A DNA stretch of 64,000 bases from Marsupella aquatica (Eukaryota > Plantae > Marchantiophyta). The translations under genes were made by a program, and so were the position numbers. A model generated the notes under the pieces. The model worked only from the letters and a program-made list of their open reading frames with translations. It made no database searches and had not been told where the DNA came from. Below are positions 24,849 to 37,689 of this stretch, piece by piece. The stretch is taken from contig OZ316898.1 in the NCBI GenBank assembly GCA_973895155.1, positions 19,727,292 to 19,791,291 on the forward strand, in the 5' to 3' direction. Positions within the stretch are counted from its first letter, which is position 1. Every line of letters starts with the position of its first letter.

Positions 24849-26490
24849 GTCAATAGAATTCACACGATGACGGTGTATCAATTATGCAAAAGCAGAAAGA
24901 AAAAGTTTACGAGGGTTCCAAAGACGGAGATGAATATCAGGCAGAGATCGCGGCCACTAGGGAGCGGGAGTTCTCTCCAGTGCACCTTTCAAATTCAGGG
25001 AATGCCTTGATGAAGCACTACTTTGAGCAAAGTAGACATTTTGGTTATCGATAGTCGTTGATCAAATGTAGTCTTTAATCAAATGATAGTCTTATTGATT
25101 ACCCACTCCATGACGTTGTGTGGGTAATCAAACCCAAGGACAAAGAATCAATAGAGAAGAATCGATGTACTTGCACTAGTTTTATTTCTAGAGTCTGAAA
25201 GTAAATCTATGGGCAATAGGAAGGATCCAAGAGGGTGTATATTCGACCATACTTCCTGAGAACATATCAAGACTAGTGCTGACGAAGCTTCCGGTGACGT
25301 TATTCGTAGGGATCAATCAATGGAAACTGTTGCACAATTACAAGTTGCAATCAGGAATAACTGCAGGTTAGCAGAGGAAGCAATGCCTTATATGTTGGAA
25401 TTTTTACAGAGATGCAAGGGAACTGGCCCAGTCGAGTCCAGATACTCAAAAGGACGAGTCTAACACAGCTATTGCACAAATTCGAGATGTTTCACTTTAG
25501 GGAGTCTGTGATATCCCCTGCCCGTCAATTAACTCTCGACCTGACTCTCAAAACCAGAGAATACCTATTCAATTCGTTCACCCAGCTAAGAAAACAGTTG
25601 GCCATCCTTTGAGCTGCTCAGCCGTAATAGGCATCTATGGTCCTCTGGTATATCCAATCTTCGACTTCGAGTCAGATTTGCTATGACAATCCCCAACCAG
25701 CAGAACGACCAACCGTCACGATGCTTATCAACGAGATGCTCAGATGATAAGCACAGGAAACGAAGGAGTTCCTGTTACTCAGAACAACGATAGTACAAAT
25801 CACCAGCTCCTTGGCAAGCATCACCAGCCACCCAAAACAGAGGCACCTTCATACCTAACGTCAGAGAATGGCTTCATAGATCGAATTGTGGGTAAGGAGA
25901 CACCGTTACAACAATAAATCGCACCTGAATTGTGACATCTCTTAGGTCGAAGCGGTCCCCTCGTCCTGCCTTGCCTAGCTTGTCTGTCACGAGCGCCAAT
26001 TGCGCCGAACTTCAGGACCGCCAGTGCAAACTATCGGCTTCGAGCCAGATGTGGGTTTTTTTTGCCAATTTGGACTTCTGGCGATTCTCGTCAAGTCGCG
26101 GGAGCCACACCATGGCATCCCAGCTCGGATTGTAAAGATCTACTTTACATGCGTGCCCACTGCCCAGTTCTGCCCCAGTCCGAAGCCGACTTTTGTCTTT
26201 GGCACGGTCTTCCTAGCACTCTTTGTATGTCAATCTGCCTTTTCCCCTTCCTTCCCCCCCCCCCCCCCCCCCCTCTCCCCAGCCCCCCTTTATTATTGGG
26301 AACCTGTCTCCTGGTTCGGCGTCTTTGCCTTGTGGCAACTGTGATATAAATCGATATATATCTGCCGCTTCTAATTCTACTAACTTGGACAGCTCAGAAA
26401 TGGGACTACCTACAGTACATTGCCTGCTTCCGTGCCACTGCCGCCGACCGCAAGCCCGCCCTCCTACAGTAGCTGCCTTCCTGCCGCTTG

Positions 26491-26613
26491 CCTAGCTGCC
26501 TTACTACCTTATTACTACCTTCCTACCTTGCCGCCTTGCGTGCCTGTTCCTGCCTAGCTGCCTTACTACCTTATTACTACCTTCCTACCTTGCCGCCTTG
26601 CGTGCCTGTTCCT
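26491..26613. repeat. Direct duplication, 2 x 62 bp
   Basis: cctagctgccttactaccttattactaccttcc... at 26491 and 26553. Confidence 0.85.
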
Positions 26614-26676
26614 GTACCCAAGTCAGCATTTCTGAGTTACCGTTCAGACAGAAGTCCAAAATTAGCTGAGAAAATT

Positions 26677-26849
26677 GAGAGATTTGCTTGGTGGGACCCC
26701 AAATGAAAATGTTTTATTTAATTGAACCCTTGAAAGTTTAGGTCCGTCTATTCAAGGTAAATCAATGGAGGTAAATCAATGGTGTGAATCACTCAGGGGT
26801 CCTATCAAATAAAACATTTTCATTTGGGGTCCCACCAAGCAAATCCCTC
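26677..26849. mobile_element. 173-bp Mutator-like MITE
   Basis: ~43-bp near-perfect TIRs (gagagatttgcttggtgggaccccaaatgaaaatgttttattt); 10-bp TSD tgagaaaatt at 26667-26676 and 26850-26859. Confidence 0.85.
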
Positions 26850-27484
26850 TGAGAAAATTGCAAATCCCTCTGAGAAAATTGTCCCCAGAGTACAGAAGAC
26901 TATATTTGGTAGACCTTCGATGTTCCGGGTTGGAACTCCACTTCGAGTTCGAACTCAGCTAATTCTGTTTCTGCTGTTCGCTATGAGTTACGTACAGTAC
27001 TGTAAGACTGAAGACGAGAGGGCGCGAGAGAATTTTGGAGCTGAGGCAGAGGACCCATTTGAGCGCGCCAATTCCGAGTCGTGCAGAAAGAGTTGAGGAG
27101 GAAGAGGAGGAGGAGAACGCGAGATCGAGTCACACTTGTTGTCGATCGGGGACCAAAGAGCTTTGTTTCGATCACCAAAGAGATTTGTTTCGATCAGGGA
27201 TCGTGTTTCTTACGACACTTGCGAACCAGAGCTGCAAGATCAGGCTCGAGAAGTGGCTGCCTAGCTCACTGATACAGTCCTCAGGTACGCATTTCTTTGA
27301 TGCTTGCCAGATCCCGATCGCCGTTTCGGTCCTGTAACGCTTGATTTGACCATGCGCTCTTTTAAGTCTTAATGCCCTCTTGATGAGTACTCAACCAGGC
27401 CGAGCAATCTTGTGCTTTATCCGGGTGTTTAGGGTCTTACCTGGGCTGTCGGGGGCGGTCTCACCTGATGCGGGCGGGGACTAG

Positions 27485-28025
27485 AGAGAGTACACCTTCT
27501 GCACAACGTAGTTTGTTACGTACGTGAAATGCTCGGGGCCAGACTGCTAAATTTCTCCATAGAATAGAATAAATGATACAAGAGCTGCGCTCAATTTCCT
27601 GATCAAGGGGCCTGGTTTAGAAAATGTTGCGCGATTGGGGTGATGGGGTTTAGTGATGGCAAGTTGTGATCTCGTCAGCATCCTGCTCAACTTGGACGAT
27701 AGCTCGTCATTTTGTACTTCGTGGATTCTAGCAGAACATTCAATAGCTGAGGTGTTTTCGTCTGCTCACTCATTTAGTTGGGATATAACACGATTAGATC
27801 TCCACCTGTTGTTGGTGTCGGTTTGTTCATTCTTTACGCTTCTCAGTTTAGATTTGGGTCGGAGCTAGTCAAGTACTACAGCTGCTTTCGGTTCTAGTGT
27901 CCGATTGCTCTGCGATTGATGCTGACAATCATAGGTACTTGAATTGAATCCAATTCTCTGAACGACACAGAGCGGGAGAAAATCAGTCATCAGTTTCCGA
28001 ATCCACTCTACTCTAATCGATTAGT
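27485..28025 (+). repeat. ~540-bp dispersed direct repeat, copy 1 (copy 2 at ~31548-32100)
   Basis: Colinear blocks such as tttgttacgtacgtgaaatgct, gcgattggggtgatggggtttag, aaaatcagtcatcagtttccgaatcc. Confidence 0.85.
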
Positions 28026-28371
28026 GAACGTGCTAGAGGCTACAAGATAGTCACCCCGGACATGGTAACGGTTTGTCTGAATGGGAATTATGCGACTTAC
28101 AGGACGGTATCAGCTCAAATTGCCCTGACTTGCTCTCATCTGTACTGGGAACAAGATTCCCGAGAGCTATGCATCATCGGGTAGCTGCTACCTCATTGGG
28201 GGTTTTGGGTGTTCAAGCGTAGACAGTATTTCGAACACTGTTATCACTGCGAGACTCAATCTGACTTGACGACGGATCTAGCCGTTTGCTCTACTGTGGC
28301 TCCGAAAATCTCTTCTGGTTCTTCTGCATGATCTTTACCGCGGCTTCATAACAACTCGACCTGGCAACCAA

Positions 28372-28810
28372 TTCGGATCGTGCTCCATGCGACGTCCAAG
28401 TGTAACCTGAGGGATCCAGGTTTCGGTCCCAGATCCGAGTAGTTAATTCACGTATGGGCGATTCTTGTAACTCAGCACAGAGAGCTCTGCTTAGGTAGAG
28501 GTGTATCCCAACTAAGATCCATTATTGTCGTCGTAGTTCCAGCCGCTTCCTGAGACGAATGATGACTGGGGTTCGGATCGTGCTCGATGCGACGGCCAAG
28601 TGTAACCTGAGGGATCCAGGTTTCGGTCCCAGATCCTGAAAGGTTTAGGACTTGGACCTTCTGAACCTTGAGGTCATCCGAGTAGTTAATTCACGTATGG
28701 GCGATTCTCGTAACTCAGAGAGAGCTCAGTTTAGGTAGAGTTGTATCCCAACTAAGATACATTATTGTCTTCGTAGTTCCAGCCGCTTGCTGAGACGAAT
28801 GATGACTGGG
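28372..28810. repeat. Tandem duplication of ~200 bp; the second copy has a ~43-bp insertion
   Basis: ttcggatcgtgctc...tgagacgaatgatgactgggg present twice. Confidence 0.88.
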
Positions 28811-29381
28811 GCACGGTACGACAAAGCAGTTGCGATGGAAAGATCGGAAATATGGACATGAGTAGATTAGGAATGTTATGAGAATGACGTGTTCTATCGT
28901 AAGTGTTTTCTGTCAGTTAGAGGTTTCAGGTTCGACTATTAGAAGCTCTTTAGTCATTCATTTTTATATCCGGGTTGGATTTCTGTACTTTGGAAATATG
29001 ACGGCTACCTCAGGAAATTGTTTAAGGTCGAATCTTCTCAGACATTTGAGTCTGTTTTAGTCGAATCCATTTTGCGAGTTTAGTTTCGGTGCTTGGAGCT
29101 CTACAGTTATTAGCAGTGTTTTCAGACAACCCGTTTTCGTGGTTGTGTTGCATCCATGGCCCGTTTTAGCTCCAATTGGACTGTCGTATAATTGAACTAA
29201 TGAGGCACAAGAACAAAGTGCAGTATAAGCTTCGTTAGAATTGCCTTGACTTGAGCCTGGTTATATCTTTTTCTGTCCTGACGTGATGCTTGTGTTCACT
29301 GGGGGGCCTCTCGTTTGTATTTCCCACTGAAAATCGGCACTTACGTACTGAATCCAGGCTACGGTGAAATATCTGGACGAA

Positions 29382-30383
29382 ATGTCGGAAGGGATTGTGA
29401 AGAAGGTCACGGAAGGGGTGGCCCACTTAATACATCCAGAGGTCAGAATTCTCTTTGACATTTCATTCTCTTTTGGAAACTGTATCAGCTTGAGGTAAAT
29501 TGTCCCCAAAATGGACTCTTAACGGCCACCGCTTTTTCCCCAACAAGTAAACTCTGCAGGATTAGAATTCGACCACGTTCACGACATTGGGATTGATAGT
29601 CTGTATCACCGTTGAAACTAACTTTGTGCGTGACAATGTTAAGATTTCAAACAGTCATCAACTCTATTGCTGTTGGCTGCAGCGCAAGGATGACAGAACG
29701 GACGAGAAAGTAGAGAAGCACTCGGAAGACAAGAAAGAGAAGAAGGACAAGGAGGGCAAGGATGAAGGGGTCGTGACGAAGCTCACGGAAGGAGTGTCTC
29801 ATTTGCTGCATCCAGAGGTCAGATCTCTTGTAGATTTCCTTCTCATTCGGGAGCTGAATTTTCTTGGTGAATCATTGTCTCAAAAATGGACTCTGTACGT
29901 CAGACACCTGTTTAGTCTGCAAACTCTAGAGGAGTCGCAAAATTCCGAGACGGAACGTCTTGTATTCTCGAAACACAGCTCTATTTTCTTTCCTGACATT
30001 ATGGAGTTGACATCAATTGTGTTGTGGCAGGGGGAGAAGAAGGCCAAGGAGGAGAACGAGGACAAGAAGGACAAGAAGGACAAGAAAGACAAGAAGGACA
30101 AACATGACGAGGGAGATGGGCATGAAGGAAAGGAGAAGAAGGATAAGAAAGACAAGGGAAAGGATAAGAAGAAAGACGAGAACAAAGAGAAAAATGATGA
30201 CGGGGATGAGAAGGAGAAGGAGAAGGAGAAGAAAGAAAGAAAGAAAAGAAGGACAAGCACTCAGAGGGTGACGAGAAGAAGGAGAAGAAAGAAAAAAAAG
30301 AAAAGAAGGACAAGCACTCAGAGGGAGACGAGAAGAAGGAGAAGAAAGAAAAGAAGGACAAGAAGGATAAGCACGACGAATAG
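29382..30383 (+). CDS. Lys/Asp/Glu/His-rich hydrophilin, KS-dehydrin-like; exons 29382-29441, 29683-29817, 30031-30383, with an apparent 1-nt frameshift near 30237
   Basis: Phase-0 GT-AG introns; repeated amphipathic motif EG(I/V)V(K/T)K(V/L)TEGV(A/S)HL(I/L)HPE; KKDKKDK repeats. A probable non-coding first exon ends at ~27284 (cag|gtacgc). Confidence 0.7.
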
Positions 30384-31547
30384 GCATGTGCAGTATGCAA
30401 AAAAATAGTTTCACTTGTCTCTTGGTGATAGAATGAACTTCTCATCGTCCCTTAACAGTGGTAAAGTTACAGAGGAACATGTCAGCAAATGATACCAAAA
30501 TTTACGATAGGAAATACAAGTCTTTTGAGGTTTGGTTACTGCATGTACAGCGGATTGAGTAAATTGTAGGTGAAGTATTCCTCCCAAGTACTTTGTAATG
30601 ATTCTCAGGGACATCATCGACAGTGTGCAAGGATGCCCTGCTTAATAACGTGCGGCCATCAGTTCTTCATTCCTTTGTTGAAGATCCCTATACTTTCTTC
30701 ACGGGTTGCTTGTAGACTTTGAAGGATTGAGAACGTGTTGTGCAGATTGTGCAGATTTCGACACTGTTGCGGTACAAGTTATCAAACAGGAGAAAGCAAA
30801 AGAAACAGGCACTAGATCTTTTGTCAAGGTTCTTGAGACTTCCACTGATAAACAGATGAGTTTGGCAACAGTCTGATTCATGATATCGAGACTGTCGTTT
30901 TGCTTGAAATATAACGAGAGAGGGAGGGAGACGTACGTACATCAGTGATGGTCATCTGTATAAGCCCTTTGGCAGCTACGATGATTGAAAAGTTCCTGCA
31001 ATGAAATTTATATCCGCTTCAAGGCATTTTGTTGGAAATTTTTTGGTAACTGTATGGGGGTCAGCAGATCCTTATGGAAATGGTAGAAGTCGAAAAGCAC
31101 AGGTCGATCAATGTATATGAGGGTATATGATGCTGGTGATCACTCCAACATTCTAATTAAAGCGATTTCACGAAAACAGAAATCCGTCGGTATCATCAAG
31201 TGTGCAAGTTTCTAGAAGCGACGGAGTTACGTGTTAGCGCATTTCAGCTTTGACCAACCCTCAATAAGATAGCTTACCATAGTGAGGCTGACCTACCTTT
31301 AGCTCCGGAGTTCCAGACTTCTAGGCAACCGGGACATGAGTGTCCAGAATGTATACTAAATTGACTAAAGCTTCTTAAGGATCCGCGCATCTCTCTTTTC
31401 TTAGCCCGCAACTGGGTCGATAAACTGGGCACGCCATGATTGTGCAAGTTAAGTGGAATCGAAGAAAAACAAACCTCAATGGAGTGAAAATGAGCTCAGT
31501 TTCATGAAACACAGTAACAGGTGACGTTCTGGGTACTGAGTATAGAT

Positions 31548-32100
31548 AGAGTGCCCCTTCTGCACATATGATTTGTTACGTACGTGATTTGTTACGTACG
31601 TGATTTGTTACGTACGTGAAATGCTGGAGGCTTGACTGCTAATTTTCTCCGAATAATGTCATCAAGGCTGGATATATCAGTTTGCTGGTCATGGGGCCCG
31701 GTCTTGAAAATGTTGGGCGATTGGGGTGATGGGGTTTAGGAATGTCAAGTTGTGATCCCGTCCGCATCCTGCTCTACTTGGACGACAGCTCGTGAGTTTG
31801 AGTTCGTGGATTTTAGTAGCACTACAACTGAGGGTGTTTTCTTCTGCTCACTCACTTACTCGGTACATAACAACACGCGATTAGATCTCCATCTGTTGTT
31901 CGTGTTGGTTTTGTTGGTTTTATAAGCTTCCCAGTTAGATTTGGGTCGGAGACATTCACATGTGCAAGTTGAGTGTCTGAACGCTCTGCGATTGATGCTG
32001 AAAATCGCAGGTAGTGGAATTGAATTCTATTCTGTGAAGGACACAGAGCGGCAGAAAATCAGTCATCAGTTTCCGAATCCTCTCTACTCGTATCGATTAG
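31548..32100 (+). repeat. ~550-bp dispersed direct repeat, copy 2, with an internal 3 x 16-bp expansion (gatttgttacgtacgt)
   Basis: Aligns with 27485-28025. Confidence 0.85.
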
Positions 32101-32109
32101 GACACCTCA

Positions 32110-33850
32110 GAGCTGGGTACTTCCATGGTTAGCTTGAAAAAACTTTGTTGATCTCGAAGCAGACTATAATCAAGAAAAGCATCGATGAGTGCACTGTCCT
32201 CACTTGATGGACCACTCCGGCAAATGGACTTTGGCTCACAGAAGTTTTGCTTGATCACTTCAAGGTTAAAGCCAGAATTCTCCTCGATCTGCATTGTCCC
32301 TGACCCAATACTGCGGATGGACTATGCCCAAAGCATTCAAGAGGTCAATTCTAGGAAACCATGTTTCAAAGAGCTTAATCAGCTTAGCAAAGCATTCAAG
32401 ACGTCAATTCTAGTAAACCATGTGTCAAAGAGCTTAACAGCTTAATCAATGTTGACGCTACTTCTTTACACTTGGCTCACAGAAGTTTTGCTTGATCACT
32501 TCATTCCAAGGTAAAAGCCAAAATTCTCCTGGATCTGCATCATCCCTGTCCCAATACTGTGGATGGACTATGCCCAAAGCATTCAAGAGGTCAATGCTAG
32601 GAACCCATGTGTCACAGAGCTTATCAATGGGCTCACAGAAGTTTTGCTTGATCACTTCAAGGTAAAAGCCAAAATTCTCCTTGATCTGGATTGTCCCTGT
32701 CCCAATACTGGGGATGGACTATGCCCAAAGCATTCAAGAGGTTAATGCTAGGAAACCATGTGTCAAAAGAGCTTAATAAATGTTGATGTTACTTCTTCAC
32801 ACTGCTTCTTGACAGTACAAACAACATGGTAGAATGCGTCGTGTAACTGCTGACGCATGGCCCAGAATCTCATCAAACCAATAGGGCTTGCCAAGTTCTC
32901 CCTTAGTTAACACTTTGGTTACGGCTCTATTTTTTTGGTTAGGGGGGTACGTATTTTGGTAACCTATAACGATTTTGTTCTGGCCGTAAGTGTGTTTTAT
33001 GTCGTGAGCCGTAACTCAGGTACAACTGTGCTTTGACACGCCCTAATGGGTCAAATAGGTGTGGTCTCCAATCCAAAAGGAGAGATATTTCACACCAGTT
33101 TACAAATCAGTCATCCACTCATGACTAATAGTGTGAGACTGGCTAGCTACAATCTCCTGGAATGAATTAAATGCCCCTAAATGAATCGGTAGCCTAAAAG
33201 AGGTTTGCAAATCAATGTAATAACAATGCAATTCTGCCTGATTTAGGGTTTAGGGTTTACGACAGTAATGAAATCTTGGATCATGACATCCCTTGATTGG
33301 GCGAATTGAATCAGGTAATGCACAGATTTCAGCAAAGGCAACAAACTTGGCAACTAGGAGACACATGTCTTCAAGCGCACCATGTGAAAATTTCTCTCCG
33401 CCATGCCCCAGCCTGAATTCATGGTCGATGTGTGGTTTGTGTCTCTGGAACTTTCAACTGTTGAAACAATTTAAACATGGCTTCATAGTCAGTCATGGGA
33501 TGTCCCAAAGTGAGCATACTAAAAATTAAGAAGAGTAAACTGAACAGCTTCCTCTTCCACTCGAGACTCACTGCCTCCTGAATGGGCCTATGGATAGGGT
33601 CTTGTGGTAGGCGCAACAACAACTTCTCATTCATTTCATGCTGAGTGGTACACCCAAAAATAAAAGGTACCCTTTGCATACTTCTTGCCTAAAATCACAA
33701 TGTCCTTCTATGCACGCATCCAGCCAGCATGTTTTCAAAGACCATTGATCATAAAACTTCTCCCTCCCGTCAATCGGCCTTCAATCTTGGTGAAAATTGT
33801 GCACCGCACCTGGGTGACCACACCTTCAGAGTCCACTGTAGCTCCATCCA
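32110..33850 (-). mobile_element. Decayed hAT/ZNF862-like DNA transposase fragments, with an internal triplication at 32232-32800
   Basis: Fragments QVRCTIFTKIEG..KHAGW, KRKLFSLL..LGHPMTDYEAMFKLFQQLKVP, LLNALGIVHPQYW, QQSFFKLTM resemble bryophyte ZNF862/hAT transposases; many stops. Confidence 0.65.
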
Positions 33851-35008
33851 GGTTGGAAGTGGCACCGGGAGTGGCACTTCAGCTCATAGTTCCGCTTCCT
33901 CTTCTTACCTGCTCCTCAACCTTGGCTACTTCAATGTCTACAACATTTGGGTCTGTACCCTCCATCCCATTACTGAGAATCTCACAGACTGTGGAGGAGA
34001 ACCACACTAGAAGAAACCGAGCCTTCTTGAGACCGGAAATTACTCAAAGGCCACACTAGAAGCTCAGCCGGCTTGAAGAGAGGCTCCGGACGCCCCAAAG
34101 CTTTGAGGTTGTTGCTCCACTCCTGTAGCTTGCACTTGCTCAGCTCACTCTGCCACAGAAGTACTAGACTCCTTGCTGTTGCACCTCCCAGCAGGTTGAC
34201 GCTCAACGTTCACTACCCCAACTCACTCAAATTTGAACACCAAAAACTAAACAACAGAAGTGTGGTATTTCCCTTGCTCCTGGCACCGCCCGTGAGGGTG
34301 TTCCTTTTGGCCCACCCTAGACACTGAACGAACGTAACTTGTACAATAAGCCCAACTTCTCCAGCTCGCGATTGCAGTCTGCCAAACTCCGAAAACCGAT
34401 AGCACAATGTCCTTGGTTCTATGTCGCAACTCCCTGGTCCTCCACAGCCCCTCGTCCATGGCAGTGCTGCAACAAAATAAGCTCCCCGGTCGCAGGTCCT
34501 CAGTTGTTGGTCACTCTGTCATTCACATAAGCTTGTAGTAACCTGGCCTAAACACACAGTTGAGTCCTCCGATGACAAAATCCCTAAACCTTGGCCCAAA
34601 TGCGAGCTCTCAATAGTATAACCTTGCAGCATTCAACTGGAAGCGCACAGTGGAGAAGAGCTTCAAGGTCACACCAATGCAGGATTCACTTGATGCAGGA
34701 CTCACTTGATGCAGCACACACTGCGCTTTTCATCGATGCTGCAACTTCAGCCTGAGTGAGAAACTGCCTTGCATTTTTTCCCTCACAAAGAATGCGCGAT
34801 CGGCTCCTTCGTCGTGACTAACATTAAACCCTAAACCTGGTTTAATGTAAGCGCAATTGCTTACAACCGTGAGATCCTCCTTTTTTTGGCTTACAACCGT
34901 CAGATCGCCGCTAGATTAAGGCAAGCAAGTGCTCTTCAAATAATTGAGTGCGCATGCTCATTTATTTCCATCAAATTCAAAGTTTGGGATACATGGATGA
35001 GGTCCTTT

Positions 35009-35219
35009 TAAACCACACCTGCCACTATAAAAGCCTCATTCCATGTCTCACTACTCACCATAAAAGGTGGAACACTCGCACCTTTTGTGGAGTACTTGCC
35101 AAAAAAAGGTTTTGCAGCCAGCACCTTTTGTGGAGCTCAAAACCCATTTCTGAACTTGTGGTCTTTACAATGAGAGCTACGGGTTACCCATAACCCTTTA
35201 TAGGGGCAGGTGTGGTTTA
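35009..35219. mobile_element. 211-bp MITE with 23-bp TIRs
   Basis: taaaccacacctgccactataaa ... tttataggggcaggtgtggttta (1 mismatch); related copies at 11777-12192. Confidence 0.8.
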
Positions 35220-36999
35220 CGGTATCTCACTTGAACGATGTACATGAAGGTTTCTGGGGCATGGCAATAAGTAAACCCAACCTGCATATGCGAGTGTGAA
35301 ATTGGGTGATAAGCAGGCCCTTTGCATGGCACGCCCAGATGACCTCGATAGAAAAATTAGAGATTGACTACAAAAAGCATTAAGTTAGCTTAGCAAGCTT
35401 TGACAAAGCCTTTTTTTGTTTGACTGGGGCTGGGGCTTCATTGTGTCTAAATGGGGGCAGGAGTAATTATGGTTTAAAATGGTATGACTAAACTATTATT
35501 AAATTCATGTAGGATGACATATGGTGTATCCAAATTCATATGTATTGGGTCGGATCCCATACTTTAAGGTTTAAGGGTTCAAATGTAGTTGTCTCATAAG
35601 TTGTACTCTAATGTAGAGTCACTTGTATAACTTCAGCCTAATTGCCTTAACTGAGTTATAGTTGCAACTTTCCTAAAAGTTGTAAACATGACTCAGCAAA
35701 ACTTCACCAAAACTCAGTCAAGAAGGTGTGACTAACATGACACCAACAACCTTGGAGTTGCTATTTCATGAAGGTCTCGGACAAGTCATTCATGGGAGGG
35801 TCTCAAAACGGGTGGGTTTCTTCTAGTGCCACCTGGAGATGATGACCTAGAGCCATGAACGACAGGCAAGCCATTAGGATTGCAAGGCTTCAAACAATTA
35901 ATACTCAGCATCTCATTGCAACATTTAGTACCAATATCAACATTAGGGCATTCAATAACATTAGAACTGTCAAGAAAAGGCAAGACGCAACCAAACGCAG
36001 TCTATTGCAGCAATGAGATGTTGCTATGCTACACACTCAACAAACTGTCAATTAGAGTGAGGCAACTAAGATGCAATGTAGCCCAAATGCAAATGTGTGC
36101 AGCAACAAGATGTTGTAACTAAGTTACAGTCAAATGCAAAACTCTATTAACAATTATGCTCAATCACCAGAAGTCCACAATGCTTTGAAGGATTGATGCA
36201 AACTTTACTGAGGATGAGTACTCACTGAATCCACTGATGACATAATGGAAAAGAAAACCCACTGAAGTATTTGTAGTTGATCGACTCCACAAAATTCTCA
36301 TTTCCGAAGTAAGTCATGTCCTCCAAATGCTACTTATCACACAGAGAAGGTTGCATCTCTCACAATGCACCACAGCTTCATCTCCTGCTTGTGCTACGAG
36401 CAGGATTCATGGAATAGTAGCGCAGAAGCTCCCCCCCCCCCCCCCAACACACTGCAAACGCTCCCAAAACCTCAGTATGATGACAGCGCAAAAAACACAA
36501 CACTCAACTTCCATTCTGACTAAAAAACAAAGACATTGAAACCAATTTCCCTGTTGGCAAGGCAATTAGAGGAGAGGCAGGACTAAGAGCGCAAGAGTAA
36601 GAGTTCTTGTGGAGCGGTGCAGCTGATTGTGCCTTGATTTCATGTTGCTTGCTAAACAAATGAGTTCAAGAAAAGGATTGGTGGCAAAGTCACCCCCGCC
36701 CCTCCTGATGTGGGAATGGTGGCAATTTCCCCAAGTGGTAATTAGATCACTTCCACTGAAGTAACATATGCAATCAAATATACTTAGAGTAATTTAATCA
36801 TTTTGATAAAGACTTATTAAATTATTAATGAATACAATCTATTGGAAAACACTGATATATCAATCACAATCCATCCAAAGGTTAAGTTTTCTTTTCACGC
36901 CTTTCTTCCTTTATTGAAAGTTATGTTTTAGTTTTCCATTGTTTGTACAATTACAATATCTAATTGTTTTTTCTACTTGTCTCAAACACACATAGTTTT

Positions 37000-37189
37000 G
37001 TTTGGTACTTTTTATATAAAGGACCCTTTTTGTTTGTGACCAATAGTGCTGATATGGCATCATGTGCTTCAAGGGATATTGGAAGGACCTTCTTGTTTGG
37101 TACTTTTAACCTTCTTGTTTGGTACTTTTTATATAAAGAACCCTTTTTGTTTGTGACCAATAGTACATGCTGATATGGCATCATGTGCT
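37000..37189. repeat. Direct duplication of ~70 bp (period ~117 bp)
   Basis: tttggtactttttatataaag.accctttttgtttgtgaccaatagt...gctgatatggcatcatgtgct present twice. Confidence 0.8.
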
Positions 37190-37689
37190 ATTTTGGAAGG
37201 AGCTTCCCATGGGGTCACTAATCAGAACTCTCATACACTACCCACAAAACCCATGCCACACACGCTTAAACACTTGGAGGGGATTGAACCTGTGCTAGGC
37301 TCATGTCCTAGCCAAGTCACAGTATTGCACTGAGGGGTTCTTAGTTGTTCATATTGGAAGGGTGAGCAAACAAGAGAAGGCTGCTTCACTTTTGAAGTCG
37401 GGACTCACCACACTTCACATTCCTGCCCAAGATATCGAATATTGAAGGTCCTTCCTCAATTTCGATCAATAGATCTCGTGTCAGTAACTTAAAAGGAAAA
37501 GCATGTTTTGGTTCATAATTCGCAACTATGTGGATTGAAATGTTCCAAATCTCGCATTGCAGCAAATCAAAAATATCTATACATGAAAGTGACCATCTGT
37601 TAATCTGGAATCCGTTGGTTGTCAATTGGATTTTATCGCCCTTGCCAACAATAGTAACCATCGGTGGGGACTATGAGCTTTGCTAGAAA

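Noticed and set aside
29587-30408. 273-aa ORF as a single-exon protein
   Set aside because: It reads through introns; the spliced model fits better
33242-33259. TTTAGGG repeats (also ~34825 and ~50888) as telomere remnants
   Set aside because: Only 2-3 units each; consistent with telo-boxes
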